Of a DNA stretch of 57,839 nt, positions 9,297 through 19,929 are shown one piece after another (position 1 is the first letter of the stretch; each line of letters opens with the position of its first letter). The position numbers and the translations under genes were made by a program. The notes beneath the pieces were generated by a model. The model made no database searches. It was given only the letters and a program-made list of their open reading frames with translations, and had not been told where the DNA came from. The stretch is from Zetaproteobacteria bacterium CG1_02_53_45 (GTDB lineage: Bacteria > Pseudomonadota > Zetaproteobacteria > Mariprofundales > Mariprofundaceae): NCBI GenBank assembly GCA_001871925.1, contig MNWZ01000074.1, forward strand, positions 1-57,839, in the 5' to 3' direction.

Positions 9297-10600
9297 CTTT
9301 TTCCACCTCTTGCCTTTCTATCCTGAAGCCAAACCATGCGCTCTTTGAGCGTACGTTCAAAGCCGCGATCCACAGGTAGATACAATTCTGCCCGCACACC
9401 ATCGGGAAGATGCTGCTGATTGACCACGCCGTCCACTGCATCGTGCGCATACTGGTAGCCGGCACCGTGACCCAGCTGCTTCATCAGTCTGGTCGGTGCA
9501 TTTTTCAGGTGTTTGGGCACATCCGTCTGTTGCGTTTCCCGAGCCAGCTTCCTGGCACCCTTCTCAGCCATATAGGCGGCATTACTTTTCGGTGCCAGCG
9601 CCAGATAGATCGTTGTTTCAAACAGCCCCTGCTCCCCTTCGGGCGATCCGAGTATCTCAAACATGCGATGGGCATCAAGGGCGATGTTCAGCGCCCTGGG
9701 ATCAGCAAGACCGATATCTTCGGTAGCCATGCGGATCAGGCGGCGTGCGATATATAACGGTTGTTCACCGGCTTCAAGCATGCGGGCCAGCCAGTAGATG
9801 GCCGCATCGGCATCGGAGTCACGCACACATTTATGTAGGGCGGAAATCAGGTCGTAATGGGCATCACCGTCACGATCATAACGGGCCGCGCGGCGCAGGC
9901 TCTGCTTCTCTACTGCGGCCAGCGACCAGTGCTTGTGGGCATCGGACTCAAAAATTGACTCCAGTGCATTGAGTGCATAACGCGCATCACCGTCACAGTT
10001 TGCGGCCAGCCATGCGAGTGCATCAGCTTCCATGGCAAAACCGGCAGAGTCCTGTTGCAGCTGATCGCAAGCGCGTTTGAGAATGGACGTGATATCGCTG
10101 CTTTCCAGCGCTTTGAGTACAATCATTCTGCAGCGGGAAAGCAGTGCATTGTTCAGCGAGAAGGAGGGGTTCTCCGTAGTAGCCCCGACCAGCACCAGTG
10201 TGCCGTCCTCAACATAGGGCAGCAGCACATCCTGCTGGGCTTTATTAAAACGGTGGATTTCATCGAGAAACAACAGCCAGGTCTGGCCCTGCTGTTTGGC
10301 CTGTTTAACCACGGCCTGCACCTCTGCCTTGCCTGCGGAAACAGCGGAGAGATGGGTGAACGGCAGACCTGCGGCATCGGCCATCATGGTTGCCAGCGTG
10401 GTTTTACCCACGCCAGGTGGTCCCCAGAAGATACAGGAGATCGCCCTGCCCTCTGCCATCATGGCAGCAAACCAGGAGTCCTTCTGTGTCAGTTCCGGCT
10501 GTCCGGCCACATCCTGCAATGATTTGGGCCGCATGCGATGCGCAAGCGGCGCAGTTATCTCGCTCACCCTCTCGTCAAGAAAGGAAACCTGTCTGGTCAC
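9293..10600 (-). CDS. rarA: Replication-associated recombination protein A (MgsA/RarA AAA+ ATPase)
   Basis: PLAHRMRP, Walker A GPPGVGKTT, LDEIHRFNKAQQD, ATTENPSF, YDLISALHK, EDIGLADP. Confidence 0.95.
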   Translation of the reverse strand: MTRQVSFLDERVSEITAPLAHRMRPKSLQDVAGQPELTQKDSWFAAMMAEGRAISCIFWGPPGVGKTTLATMMADAAGLPFTHLSAVSAGKAEVQAVVKQAKQQGQTWLLFLDEIHRFNKAQQDVLLPYVEDGTLVLVGATTENPSFSLNNALLSRCRMIVLKALESSDITSILKRACDQLQQDSAGFAMEADALAWLAANCDGDARYALNALESIFESDAHKHWSLAAVEKQSLRRAARYDRDGDAHYDLISALHKCVRDSDADAAIYWLARMLEAGEQPLYIARRLIRMATEDIGLADPRALNIALDAHRMFEILGSPEGEQGLFETTIYLALAPKSNAAYMAEKGARKLARETQQTDVPKHLKNAPTRLMKQLGHGAGYQYAHDAVDGVVNQQHLPDGVRAELYLPVDRGFERTLKERMVWLQDRKARGGKR

Positions 10601-10609
10601 CCGGTTCGG

Positions 10610-11719
10610 CTAGTCAAAATATTTGGATACAGACAGTGCAAAGGCCTGCCTGCGGTCACGATATGTGCCGGCGAAAGCGCCTGTAGCCGTGCGCTTGGTA
10701 TAATAGGTATAGCTGTAGGCAAGATCGAAATGCAACCCGGTAAAGTCACCGCCAAGACCGAGACTGGCCTGATGCCCGTCCTGGTCAGCCACCACAGGAT
10801 TAAACCCTGCGGCTTTGTTGGCGCCCTGATCATAGGCATAACCAAAACGCAGCTGGGTGTTCGGACGCCATGTCCAGGTCAGACCGGTCATCACGCTGAA
10901 CGTATCCTTGAGACTCAAGGTGTTGGTCTGAGGAGAAAGACCAGTCACATTAAAATTCTTCAGACTCGACCAGCGCGTCCATTTACCATCCACTTCCACA
11001 CGCCATACATCGGCAAAATCATGGGCAATACCGGCACTGACCTGATCCGGCAGTTTAAACGAAAGCTGATCATTGGCGGCACCCGACATGCTGATTTTAC
11101 TGCCTGAGCGCAGCATCAGGCCCGCACTCCAGGCCGGCATAAACTTCCACTTCAGTGAGGCATGGCCGCCGAAACTGGCCCAGTCATGTCCCTTGAAAGC
11201 ATTTGCACCCTGTGTCAGGTCGGCGCGGGTCAGATACCAGTCACCACCGAGGCCGACGGCCAGCGTACTGTTTACAGCATAAACGGCATCAAGACTGGCA
11301 TGGTCAACGGTCAGCTTGGTTGTGCCTGCTGCTGCCCCGAAGGCCTGGCTCCACTCGTTGTTTAACTGATACAGCGAAGAAAAGCCGAAGCCAACCACCC
11401 ATGCACTGTCGATCGGTGCCCAGCCGGCATATATCGAGCCCACCATGGCCTCCGTGCCCATATTCGGCCCGGTTCCACCGGCCAGTTTTACGGAAGAGTC
11501 GCGATAAGGCGTGACGATCCCTAGCTGCACAGACAGACCGGGCTGCCATGCCAAACCGGACGGATTGTAGAGAACCGCAGATGCATCATCGGCAGTGGCA
11601 ACAAAGGCATTGGACACACCCAGCGCAGATGCAGATTGATTGGGCAGCTCAAAACCACCTGCATAGGCAGTCGTGGATGTCAGCAACATGCTGATGGTAA
11701 CACTCAATAAACGTTTCAT
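10610..11719 (-). CDS. FadL/OmpP1-family outer membrane beta-barrel transporter
   Basis: Signal peptide then AGGF...SASALG..NAFVATADDASAVLYNPSGL (FadL hatch motif), WTRWS, LRFGYAYDQ, near-terminal aromatic residue. Confidence 0.82.
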   Translation of the reverse strand: MKRLLSVTISMLLTSTTAYAGGFELPNQSASALGVSNAFVATADDASAVLYNPSGLAWQPGLSVQLGIVTPYRDSSVKLAGGTGPNMGTEAMVGSIYAGWAPIDSAWVVGFGFSSLYQLNNEWSQAFGAAAGTTKLTVDHASLDAVYAVNSTLAVGLGGDWYLTRADLTQGANAFKGHDWASFGGHASLKWKFMPAWSAGLMLRSGSKISMSGAANDQLSFKLPDQVSAGIAHDFADVWRVEVDGKWTRWSSLKNFNVTGLSPQTNTLSLKDTFSVMTGLTWTWRPNTQLRFGYAYDQGANKAAGFNPVVADQDGHQASLGLGGDFTGLHFDLAYSYTYYTKRTATGAFAGTYRDRRQAFALSVSKYFD

Positions 11720-11731
11720 GTATTTTCCTTG

Positions 11732-12415
11732 TTATTCACTGGCCGAACGCATGTCGAGCACGTCCACGCCTTCGGGTGGCGTAAAACTAAATAGATTTTC
11801 TGACGGCGCAATGTAAGAGCAGTTGGACAGACTCATGCGATTACGATTACCCAGCACATCTTCGCGCTCAATAAGCATCAGATCACCGGCTTTGGAAAAG
11901 CCGAGCCACACCGGATCAGAGCCTTTGATGCGCACCTGATAACGGCTGACGCCCGCCCCGGCATCAGACTCGTGTTTGAGCACCTGCAGGTCAGCAGGCG
12001 TGATCCGTCCGTCAAGCAGTTTCATTACAGCAGGATCGACCGCTTCAAGGTTATCCAGCCGTTCAGCCTGCATCAGGTCCGGCTCGTAATGCCAGATGCC
12101 GTGACCATCGCTGACATAAAACTGCTCGTAAGGCTGGGCATACTGCCAGCGAAAACGCTTGGGTTTGAGCACGGCCAGTTCGCCCGCGTAACGTTGTCCG
12201 CCACCGTCGGTAAACACCATCATCTGGTCGAAATGACACTGGAAGCCGGGCAATGCAGCCATGCGATTGATGCTCTTTTTAAAGAAATCATCCGACTCCC
12301 TCTGTTGCACGTTCTGTTGTCCGTCCAGCGGCCATACCTGTTTTACCTCGGCCGCCCCGGCCATTGGACCTGCCACAAACAGCGCCACCAACATCATAAT
12401 CAAACGCATTCTCAT
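11732..12415 (-). CDS. lolA: Outer membrane lipoprotein carrier protein LolA
   Basis: KPKRFRWQY..PYEQFYVSDG..IWHYEPDLMQ, C-terminal FSFTPPEGVDV; directly after ftsK. Confidence 0.88.
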   Translation of the reverse strand: MRMRLIMMLVALFVAGPMAGAAEVKQVWPLDGQQNVQQRESDDFFKKSINRMAALPGFQCHFDQMMVFTDGGGQRYAGELAVLKPKRFRWQYAQPYEQFYVSDGHGIWHYEPDLMQAERLDNLEAVDPAVMKLLDGRITPADLQVLKHESDAGAGVSRYQVRIKGSDPVWLGFSKAGDLMLIEREDVLGNRNRMSLSNCSYIAPSENLFSFTPPEGVDVLDMRSASE

Positions 12416-14616
12416 TCGATGACGCCCCCGCCATTTTCGGAAGATCTGACATTCACTTTACGGATACCGCCGGCACCCGGCGCCGTCACCAGCCCTTCCC
12501 GCTCCATCTGCTCAACCAGTCGGCTGGCACGGTTATAACCGATACGCAGGTAGCGCTGCACCATCGACACAGAGCACTGCCCTTTTTCAATCACCAGTTC
12601 GGCAGCTTCATCATATTTATCGTCCTGCTCATCGCCACCGGCACCTGCGCCACCGTTAGCGTCAGCCGCAGTGGGTACTTCAAAGACCTCTTCACGGTAA
12701 TTCGGTTCGCCCTGCAGCTTGAGATGTTCAACTATATCGATCACTTCACGATCCGATACAAAGGCGCCATGCACACGCCTTAAATCACGGGCACCACTGA
12801 GAAACAGACTGTCACCCATACCGAGCAACTGTTCGGCGCCCATCTGGTCGAGAATGGTACGCGAGTCGATCTTGGATGAGACCTGAAATGATAAACGGCT
12901 GGGCAGGTTGGCTTTGATCAGACCGGTAATCACATCCACACTCGGCCGCTGTGTTGCCAGAATCAGATGCAGGCCTGCCGCCCTCGCCTTCTGGGCAATA
13001 CGACAGATGGCCTGCTCCACTTCCTTGCCGGCCACCATCATCAAATCGGCCAGCTCATCAATAACAATGACGATATACGGCAGCCGTTCGGTATCTTCCA
13101 GCTTGTCCGTAGCCTTGTTATAACCGTCGATATTACGCACCTTGGCTTCGCTCATCAGATGATAGCGGCGCTCCATCTCATAGACAGCCCAGGCCAGCGC
13201 CTTGGCAGCCTTGTGCGGATTGGTCACCACCGGCACCAGCAGATGCGGAATATCATCATATACGGATAACTCCAGCATCTTCGGATCGACCATGATCAAA
13301 CGCAGTTCCTTCGGCGTTTTGGTCATCAGCAATGAACAGATCATGGCGTTAATGGCTACCGATTTACCCGAACCGGTTGTACCGGCCACAAGCAGATGCG
13401 GCATGCGGGCGAGATCGGTTACCACCGGCTGGCCACCGATATCCACACCCAGCGCCATCGGCAGGATATGGTGTTTATCGGCAAACTCCTTGCTTGAGAA
13501 CACCTGATGAATCACCACGCTTTCGCGCTCTTCATTGGGGATTTCAATACCGATCACACTCTTGCCCGGGATATTACCGGCCACACGCACACTGATCGCA
13601 GCCATGGAGCGGGCCAGATCGTCCTGCAGCGCCATAATGCGATTCACTTTGGTACCCGGTGACGGCTCCAGTTCAAACTGTGTTACAACAGGTCCCGGAT
13701 GCACCTGCACCACCTTGCCTTCCACACGGTAGTCCAGCAGTTTCTTTTCCAGCATACGGGCAACCGCCTGCAATGCCTGCGGCTGATGCTCTTTCTGCAC
13801 ACCCGGCCCGCGATCGAACAGGTTCAGCGATGGCAGTTTAAAACCGGAGGCGGATGGTTCACGGAAGCTAAGCTCCACCTGCTGCTCCTTTTGCGCACGC
13901 CGTGAAACAGTCACCTTGACTGGCTTGGCTACATCCGCCGGTTCGGATTTGACAATATGTTCCGGGCGCGTTTTACGAATCTCTTTACGCACCTCTTTGG
14001 CTTCCATGCGATCCTTGCGGTCGGCAGCCTTGTCAAACAGGTTTCTCAGCACCGCGGACATATAAGCAACAGCCAGCATCAACCATGTGTAAATCTTCTT
14101 CACCAGTGCCAGCAGTGACCAGTGGGTGGCCGCCACAAGACCGCTTAAAATCAGCGTGGTTAACAGAATATCGCGCCCGAGAGCACGCAGCGGTTGACTC
14201 AGGCTGCCTTCGAGCATGGACCCCAGCGCCCCGCCTGTACCGGCAGGCAACGCCAGCGGATCGGCCGCAGTGCCGCTCGGCAGATGCGCATGCATCATCG
14301 CCGCCACAGCCAGAATCACCGGCAACCAGAACAGCGAACTCCAGCTCCCCAGATAGGGCTGTTTGCCCCAGCCCATACGCACGGCCACAGTCGTAATCAA
14401 TGCCACCCATATCCAGCTGGCATAACCGAACAGCTGATAGAAAAAGTCTGAGGCATAGGCGCCACCAGAACCGACCAGGTTATGCACTCTGGCCATCGTT
14501 TCATGATTCAGCGAAGGGTCAGCGGGTGAAAAGCTGAACATGGCCAGAGCCAGCACGATAACCAGCCCTGCAATGAGCAGCGCCAGCGCTTCACGGACAA
14601 TAAGGCGAACATCCAT
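12412..14616 (-). CDS. ftsK: DNA translocase FtsK
   Basis: 4TM N-domain, PHLLVAGTTGSGKS, DPKMLEL, LATQRPSVDVITG, gamma domain SMVQRYLRIGYNRA. Confidence 0.97.
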   Translation of the reverse strand: MDVRLIVREALALLIAGLVIVLALAMFSFSPADPSLNHETMARVHNLVGSGGAYASDFFYQLFGYASWIWVALITTVAVRMGWGKQPYLGSWSSLFWLPVILAVAAMMHAHLPSGTAADPLALPAGTGGALGSMLEGSLSQPLRALGRDILLTTLILSGLVAATHWSLLALVKKIYTWLMLAVAYMSAVLRNLFDKAADRKDRMEAKEVRKEIRKTRPEHIVKSEPADVAKPVKVTVSRRAQKEQQVELSFREPSASGFKLPSLNLFDRGPGVQKEHQPQALQAVARMLEKKLLDYRVEGKVVQVHPGPVVTQFELEPSPGTKVNRIMALQDDLARSMAAISVRVAGNIPGKSVIGIEIPNEERESVVIHQVFSSKEFADKHHILPMALGVDIGGQPVVTDLARMPHLLVAGTTGSGKSVAINAMICSLLMTKTPKELRLIMVDPKMLELSVYDDIPHLLVPVVTNPHKAAKALAWAVYEMERRYHLMSEAKVRNIDGYNKATDKLEDTERLPYIVIVIDELADLMMVAGKEVEQAICRIAQKARAAGLHLILATQRPSVDVITGLIKANLPSRLSFQVSSKIDSRTILDQMGAEQLLGMGDSLFLSGARDLRRVHGAFVSDREVIDIVEHLKLQGEPNYREEVFEVPTAADANGGAGAGGDEQDDKYDEAAELVIEKGQCSVSMVQRYLRIGYNRASRLVEQMEREGLVTAPGAGGIRKVNVRSSENGGGVIE

Positions 14617-14622
14617 AGAGAG

Positions 14623-16281
14623 TTAAACCGCCACAATCACAGGCAGGACCATTGGCCTGCGGCCGATATGTTTCTTGCACCAGCGTCGTAAAAACAGGCG
14701 CACCTCTTCCTTGGCGGCATCCTGATCCGAGAGCAATTCCTTATCCATATTCTCAAGAAAACTGCGCAAGGCATGGGCAGCAGCGGCCAGCACCTCTTCA
14801 CTGACATCGTCATGCAGCACACCGCGGGCACTCAGCTCAGGTTCGGAAAGCAGACGCCCCTCATGCAGGGAAACCAGCACGGTAGCCGAGATCATGCCGT
14901 CTTCAGCCAGGGCACGCCTGTCGCGCAACACAAAACCGTCAATCTCGTCGCGACTGTCTCCGTCAACGAATACGGCGCCGGCATGAAATTCAGGGCCCAG
15001 GCCTATGCTTGAGTCATCAGCAACAACGCTGTGGCCGTTTTCGGCAATCACCGTATGAGAAAGAGGAATGCCTGCAGCCAGAGCCAGATCACGATGTTCG
15101 ATCAGGTTTCTGTACTCGCCATGTACCGGATAAAAATACTTCGGACGCGTCAGCTGCATCATCATTTTTAACTCATGCGCCTGGGCATGACCTGAAACAT
15201 GCAGCGGAGCCTGGCCTGCGTGCTTGATGCGTGCACCGCGGCGATAAATATGGTTGTACAGACCGGCAATAATGCGCTCGTTGCCGGGAATATTGCTTGA
15301 TGAGAAAATCACCAGATCGCCGGTTTCAAGGTGAACGCCGGAAAACCGGTCCTGTGCCAGACGTGCCAGTGCGGCTCTCGACTCGCCTTGCGAACCTGTA
15401 GCGATTATCAGCAGCTTGTCGGCTGGAATGCCTGCCGTCTGCTTGATATCCACCATGGTTCCGGCCGGCACATTCAAACGCCCCAGCGTCTCGGTGATGC
15501 CCATATTGCGTTCCAGACTGCGCCCTGCCACGGCCACCCTGCGGCCACAGGCCACAGCAGCATCAATAATCTGCTGAATGCGGAACATATTCGATGCGAA
15601 CGTGGTGACGACCACCTTGCCTTTACACTGCATGGTTGCCTGCTTCAGAGCAGGGCCCACCACACGTTCGGAGGGGCCGGAGCCTGCACGCGTGGCATTG
15701 GTGGAGTCTGATGCCAGCAATACCACACCCTGGTCACCCAATTGGGAGAAACGATGCAAAGCCGTGACGCGCCCGTCAATCGGCGCCGGATCAAGCTTGA
15801 AATCACCGGTATGGATAATGACACCCAGAGAGGTATGAATAGCAACCGATACCGCATCCATAATTGAATGCGTCACCGGCACGCCTTCCACCTTGAACGG
15901 GCCGATATCAATCGTGCTGCCATCCTCGGGCAAAACGCGCAGGTCGCCCTTAAAGCCGCGTTCGGAGAGCTTGGATTTAACCAGCGCCAGCGTCACTTCC
16001 GTACCGTAAGTCGGCAGCGCAAGTTTTGGCAGCAGATGCGGCAGACCGCCGATATGGTCTTCATGGCCATGGGTTAGCAGCAGCGCATGAATATTCAGTC
16101 CCAGTTCATCGAGTGCAGAAATATCGGGAACGACAATATCTACGCCATGCTGGCCCGGTTCCGGAAAGCCCATACCGCAATCGACAATGACAGCGTCATC
16201 ATCGATGGCATACACCATCATATTTTTTCCAAATTCACCGACGCCCCCGAGAGGGAAGCAGCGAAGTACAGGCTTATTCAT
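14623..16281 (-). CDS. rnj: Ribonuclease J
   Basis: PLGGVGEFGKNM, THGHEDHIG, HTGDFKLD, SDSTNA, TGSQGE, HVSGH, PVHGE, C-terminal RRPMVLPV. Confidence 0.95.
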   Translation of the reverse strand: MNKPVLRCFPLGGVGEFGKNMMVYAIDDDAVIVDCGMGFPEPGQHGVDIVVPDISALDELGLNIHALLLTHGHEDHIGGLPHLLPKLALPTYGTEVTLALVKSKLSERGFKGDLRVLPEDGSTIDIGPFKVEGVPVTHSIMDAVSVAIHTSLGVIIHTGDFKLDPAPIDGRVTALHRFSQLGDQGVVLLASDSTNATRAGSGPSERVVGPALKQATMQCKGKVVVTTFASNMFRIQQIIDAAVACGRRVAVAGRSLERNMGITETLGRLNVPAGTMVDIKQTAGIPADKLLIIATGSQGESRAALARLAQDRFSGVHLETGDLVIFSSSNIPGNERIIAGLYNHIYRRGARIKHAGQAPLHVSGHAQAHELKMMMQLTRPKYFYPVHGEYRNLIEHRDLALAAGIPLSHTVIAENGHSVVADDSSIGLGPEFHAGAVFVDGDSRDEIDGFVLRDRRALAEDGMISATVLVSLHEGRLLSEPELSARGVLHDDVSEEVLAAAAHALRSFLENMDKELLSDQDAAKEEVRLFLRRWCKKHIGRRPMVLPVIVAV

Positions 16282-16370
16282 TCAAACTCCTAATCACAGA
16301 CAGGCGCGCTTGCGGCTGCCAAACATAACTTTTCCGTGCACAAACGCCGTGGCCTCTGTCACACATCCAT

Positions 16371-16952
16371 TCAGGCAGAGCCTCTGCTGCCCGGTTTGAT
16401 GGCCGGCAACACCCCTTCACGGCAGAGCGGACAATCGGCCGGATCATGGGTCTCAACGCTCAGGCTGATCGCCGTGGCAAAAGGCACATCAAAACGACCT
16501 TCGACATCCGGTGCGCGATCAACAACAGCCAGAACCTTTACCGGTGTGCCGCCGTGTTCGCGTACAACCACCATACATTCACGCACAGAACCGCCGGTGG
16601 TGATCACATCCTCAACAACCAGCAGTCGTGCTCCTGCAGGAATGGTAAACCCGCGGCGCAACTGCATCTCCCCCTCTTTACGCTCGGTAAAGATAAAGGG
16701 TTTATCCAACAAACGTGCCACTTCCTGACCGATCACCAGCCCGCCGATCGCTGGTGCAACGACCATATCGATATCTTCCGGGTTGATTTTCCGGATCAGT
16801 TCAGCCGCCAGTACCGTAGCATGGCTGATTTTCATCAGCACCAGTGCCGACTGCAGGTAACGGGATGAGTGACGCCCGCTGGAGAGCACAAAATGACCAT
16901 TTAGCAGTGCGCCTGCATCTTCATACATAGCCAGAATTTCATTTTCGTTCAT
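16371..16952 (-). CDS. pyrE: Orotate phosphoribosyltransferase
   Basis: GHFVLSSGRHS, PRPP-binding LVVEDVITTGGS, C-terminal CPLC...KPGSR. Confidence 0.93.
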   Translation of the reverse strand: MNENEILAMYEDAGALLNGHFVLSSGRHSSRYLQSALVLMKISHATVLAAELIRKINPEDIDMVVAPAIGGLVIGQEVARLLDKPFIFTERKEGEMQLRRGFTIPAGARLLVVEDVITTGGSVRECMVVVREHGGTPVKVLAVVDRAPDVEGRFDVPFATAISLSVETHDPADCPLCREGVLPAIKPGSRGSA

Positions 16953-17136
16953 GTTGCATCCTTATGTCCGGGCACTGTTGAAAGACTACCTGCCCACAAA
17001 ATTTGCGGGAGTGTAACAGTTTCCCCGGTCACACTGAACCTTACACCTGTATTTTCTTGTGCAATCGTTAATATGCTTGGGAAAACATCCGTACAAAAGC
17101 CGTGAACGGAGCCGTTATGCTGACTACTGGCGTTGA

Positions 17137-19683
17137 TTAGTCAGCATTGAAAACAGTGTGCAATGTCAGGCTCAGTTGACTGATAGTATACGGTTTACGC
17201 AGCACAATCTCTCCGCCTTGATCAATACTGTCCTGCAGTGCATCACCACGATCATAACCGGTTACAAATATGATTTTTACCGGCGCATGAATTTTTCTCA
17301 TCAGCCGACAGGCCTCAATACCACCCACTTCAGGCATCACCACATCAAGCATAACCAGGTCAATATCCGGCCACTGCTGCCTGTATATATCCACGCCCTC
17401 TCTGCCACCGGCAGCTGTCAGCACCCTGTAGCCGAGCTTTGTTAAAACCATTCTGGCCGTATCGATTACCACTCTGTCATCATCAACCACCAGAATGGTT
17501 TCACCATTGCCACTGACAATCTTGTCAGGCGTTGATTGACCTTCGGATTTCTGACCTTCGGGTTCCGGTTCATACATTGGACAATAAATAGTAAAAACAG
17601 TGCCCTTGCCGGGCGTGCTTTCAACCTCGATAGCACCACCATGACTTTTGATTGTACCAAACACCATCGGCAACCCCAACCCGGTACCCTTTCCTACCTC
17701 TTTGGTTGTATAGAATGGCTCAAAAATATTTTCAAAGTCTTTATCGCTAATTCCACAACCGTTATCAGCAACAGAAATACGCAGGAAATGAGTTCCAGCC
17801 ACATCCTGATGCTTCTGTAGAAATGCCTGATCAACAATATATGCACTGCTTCTCACAGTAATTTCAGGGCGGGGAGTATCTGCCACAGCATCTTTGGCAT
17901 TGTCGATCAAGTTCAATAGAACCTGTCGAGATTGCATTTTATCTGCTTCAAGGATCATTGATTCATTCGAGTGTATGTAGCTGAATTTAATGTTTTCCGG
18001 CATAGAGGCTCTGTATGTATCTATCACTTCCTGAATAAACTCGGCGGCCGACAATCTTTGCTTGCGTGTAACACCCTTCCTGGCAAATGCCAGCAACTGC
18101 TTGACCATAGCTCCGGCATCATAAGCGAGCTTTTCAACAGCCTTCAGCTTTTCCACGGTCTCAGGCAGCTGCTTCACCTCGCTTATTGCCAGATACAGAT
18201 GACCTGTCATACCGGCCAGCAGGTTATTGAACTCATGCGCGATGCCACCAACCAGAGTGCCAAGCTATTCCATACGCTGAGCCTGATGAATCTGATGTTG
18301 CAGTGCCTCGGATTCCGAGATGTCGGAAAACACACCGATATAATTCTTCACCGCACCCGACTCATCACAAATGGCCGTAATTGAAAGTGCTTCCGGATAA
18401 AGCTCTCCATTCTTTCTACGATTAACGATGCGCCCCTGCCACCTGCCATGCTGTTTGATTGAGTCCCACATATCACGGTAAAACGTCTCATCGTAGTTTT
18501 CTGACTGCAGCATCTGGGGCCTGTTACCAAGCGCCTCCTTGCGACTAAAGCCCGTAACATTCACAAAGGCGGCATTCACATCAATGATAACACCTTCACT
18601 GTCTGTAATGATGATCCCATCTACGGTATTGGAGATGGCTTCACTGGCCAGTTTCAGTTTTTTTTCTGCAGCCGCACGCTCCTTTTCCGCTCTGCTGATG
18701 ATCAGGTACAGTAACACGACCATGGCAATGGCAATCAGTGCAAACAATGCCATTGCTGCATACAGTGCACTGGTCAAACCCTCATGTTCACCTGAGATAT
18801 CATCCAACATAATCAGCTGACCAATCTTCTGGCCTGTTGTATCCGCAAAGGGCTGAAACGCCACTTCATAATGGCGACCTTCAATCTCAACCACACCTGG
18901 CCTGGCATCGATATTATTCAGGAAGCCGCCGGCTCCGCCCAGCCATTCGTCAACGCCTGTAGCAGGAAAGACGATCACATCATGATCAAGCAGATCCCAC
19001 ACCATCTGCTGAGCGGGCTGCCAGCTTTGCCTGTCCAGCAACTTTTTATGTAATGTAAGGATAATACGAAATGAACTATCTTCTTCGATTGTATTGAGGA
19101 TATCCTCCAGTTCCATACCAGTCTCTATGTAACCAATGCTCTCGCCTCCAACCACCCATGGCACCACCACGCGCACCACCACGCGCAACATCAATGCCCC
19201 CAGAGGCCCCAACTCCACGCCTGAGATGGCCGCCCCCTGCTGCCCGGCCTGAACAGCGGTCTGGCTGTTGATCACATCACCGAAACGATCCGGTTGATGC
19301 ATGCGCAGCAACACACGCCGCTGCTGATCCATAAAATACATATATGTGACGCGATTGTTCCGTTTCATATTCAGGTAGAAATCTTCAGCCAGATGATACA
19401 ACCGCTCATGATCGGCCTGTTGCATAGCGTCTGCACCACCCCCGGCATTAAGTGAATGCTGCAAAACCAACAATGATGTTTTCATCCAGCCGGATCTGAT
19501 TTGAATGTTCGACTCAATCTCATTTTGCAGCATGGCAAAATCTGCGTCCAGATGCACTTGCAGCTCATGATCCTGCTGCTGGCGCAGCGCAAAATTGAAA
19601 GCCAGAGCGAGCACAATAAAACCGGCAACTGTTGCAGCCAGCACCTTTTTCAGAGGGGAATGATTTTGTTTCGCATCAGCCAT
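17137..19683 (-). pseudogene. Cache-PAS hybrid sensor histidine kinase/receiver interrupted by an in-frame TAG
   Basis: ORFs 18265..19683 and 17137..18210 share a frame: QAQRME-TAG-LGTLVGGIAHEFNNLLAG-MTG; two TM segments, PAS, HATPase (FYTTKEVGKGTGLGL), REC (LDVVMP). Confidence 0.8.
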
Positions 19684-19929
19684 ATAAGCAACACCGTTCC
19701 AATCATGTGATGGTTAATGGACACTTCATGCCACGTCCCCACCCCTGATCAGCTTAGTTTAGCATAATTCCGGCCAAACGAAGACGCAGCTGACAACAGC
19801 AACGCAACTTCAACAGTTACAATAATAGTCACATGCAGGAACATAAATGAGTTCGACACCCGGATTACCCTGTTGTTGCATGAACGCAACCGCTTCCCCT
19901 GTCGCTGGCAGCCGCATAGTCTTGCCTGC

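Noticed and set aside
9290-9420. Fluoride riboswitch upstream of crcB
   Set aside because: crcB overlaps the rarA stop; there is no leader and I saw no GGCGATGG-type aptamer there.
18265-18267. Pyrrolysine or selenocysteine recoding of the internal stop
   Set aside because: The codon is TAG (so not Sec), the position is a non-catalytic Ser/Ala in paralogues, and no pyl genes are visible.
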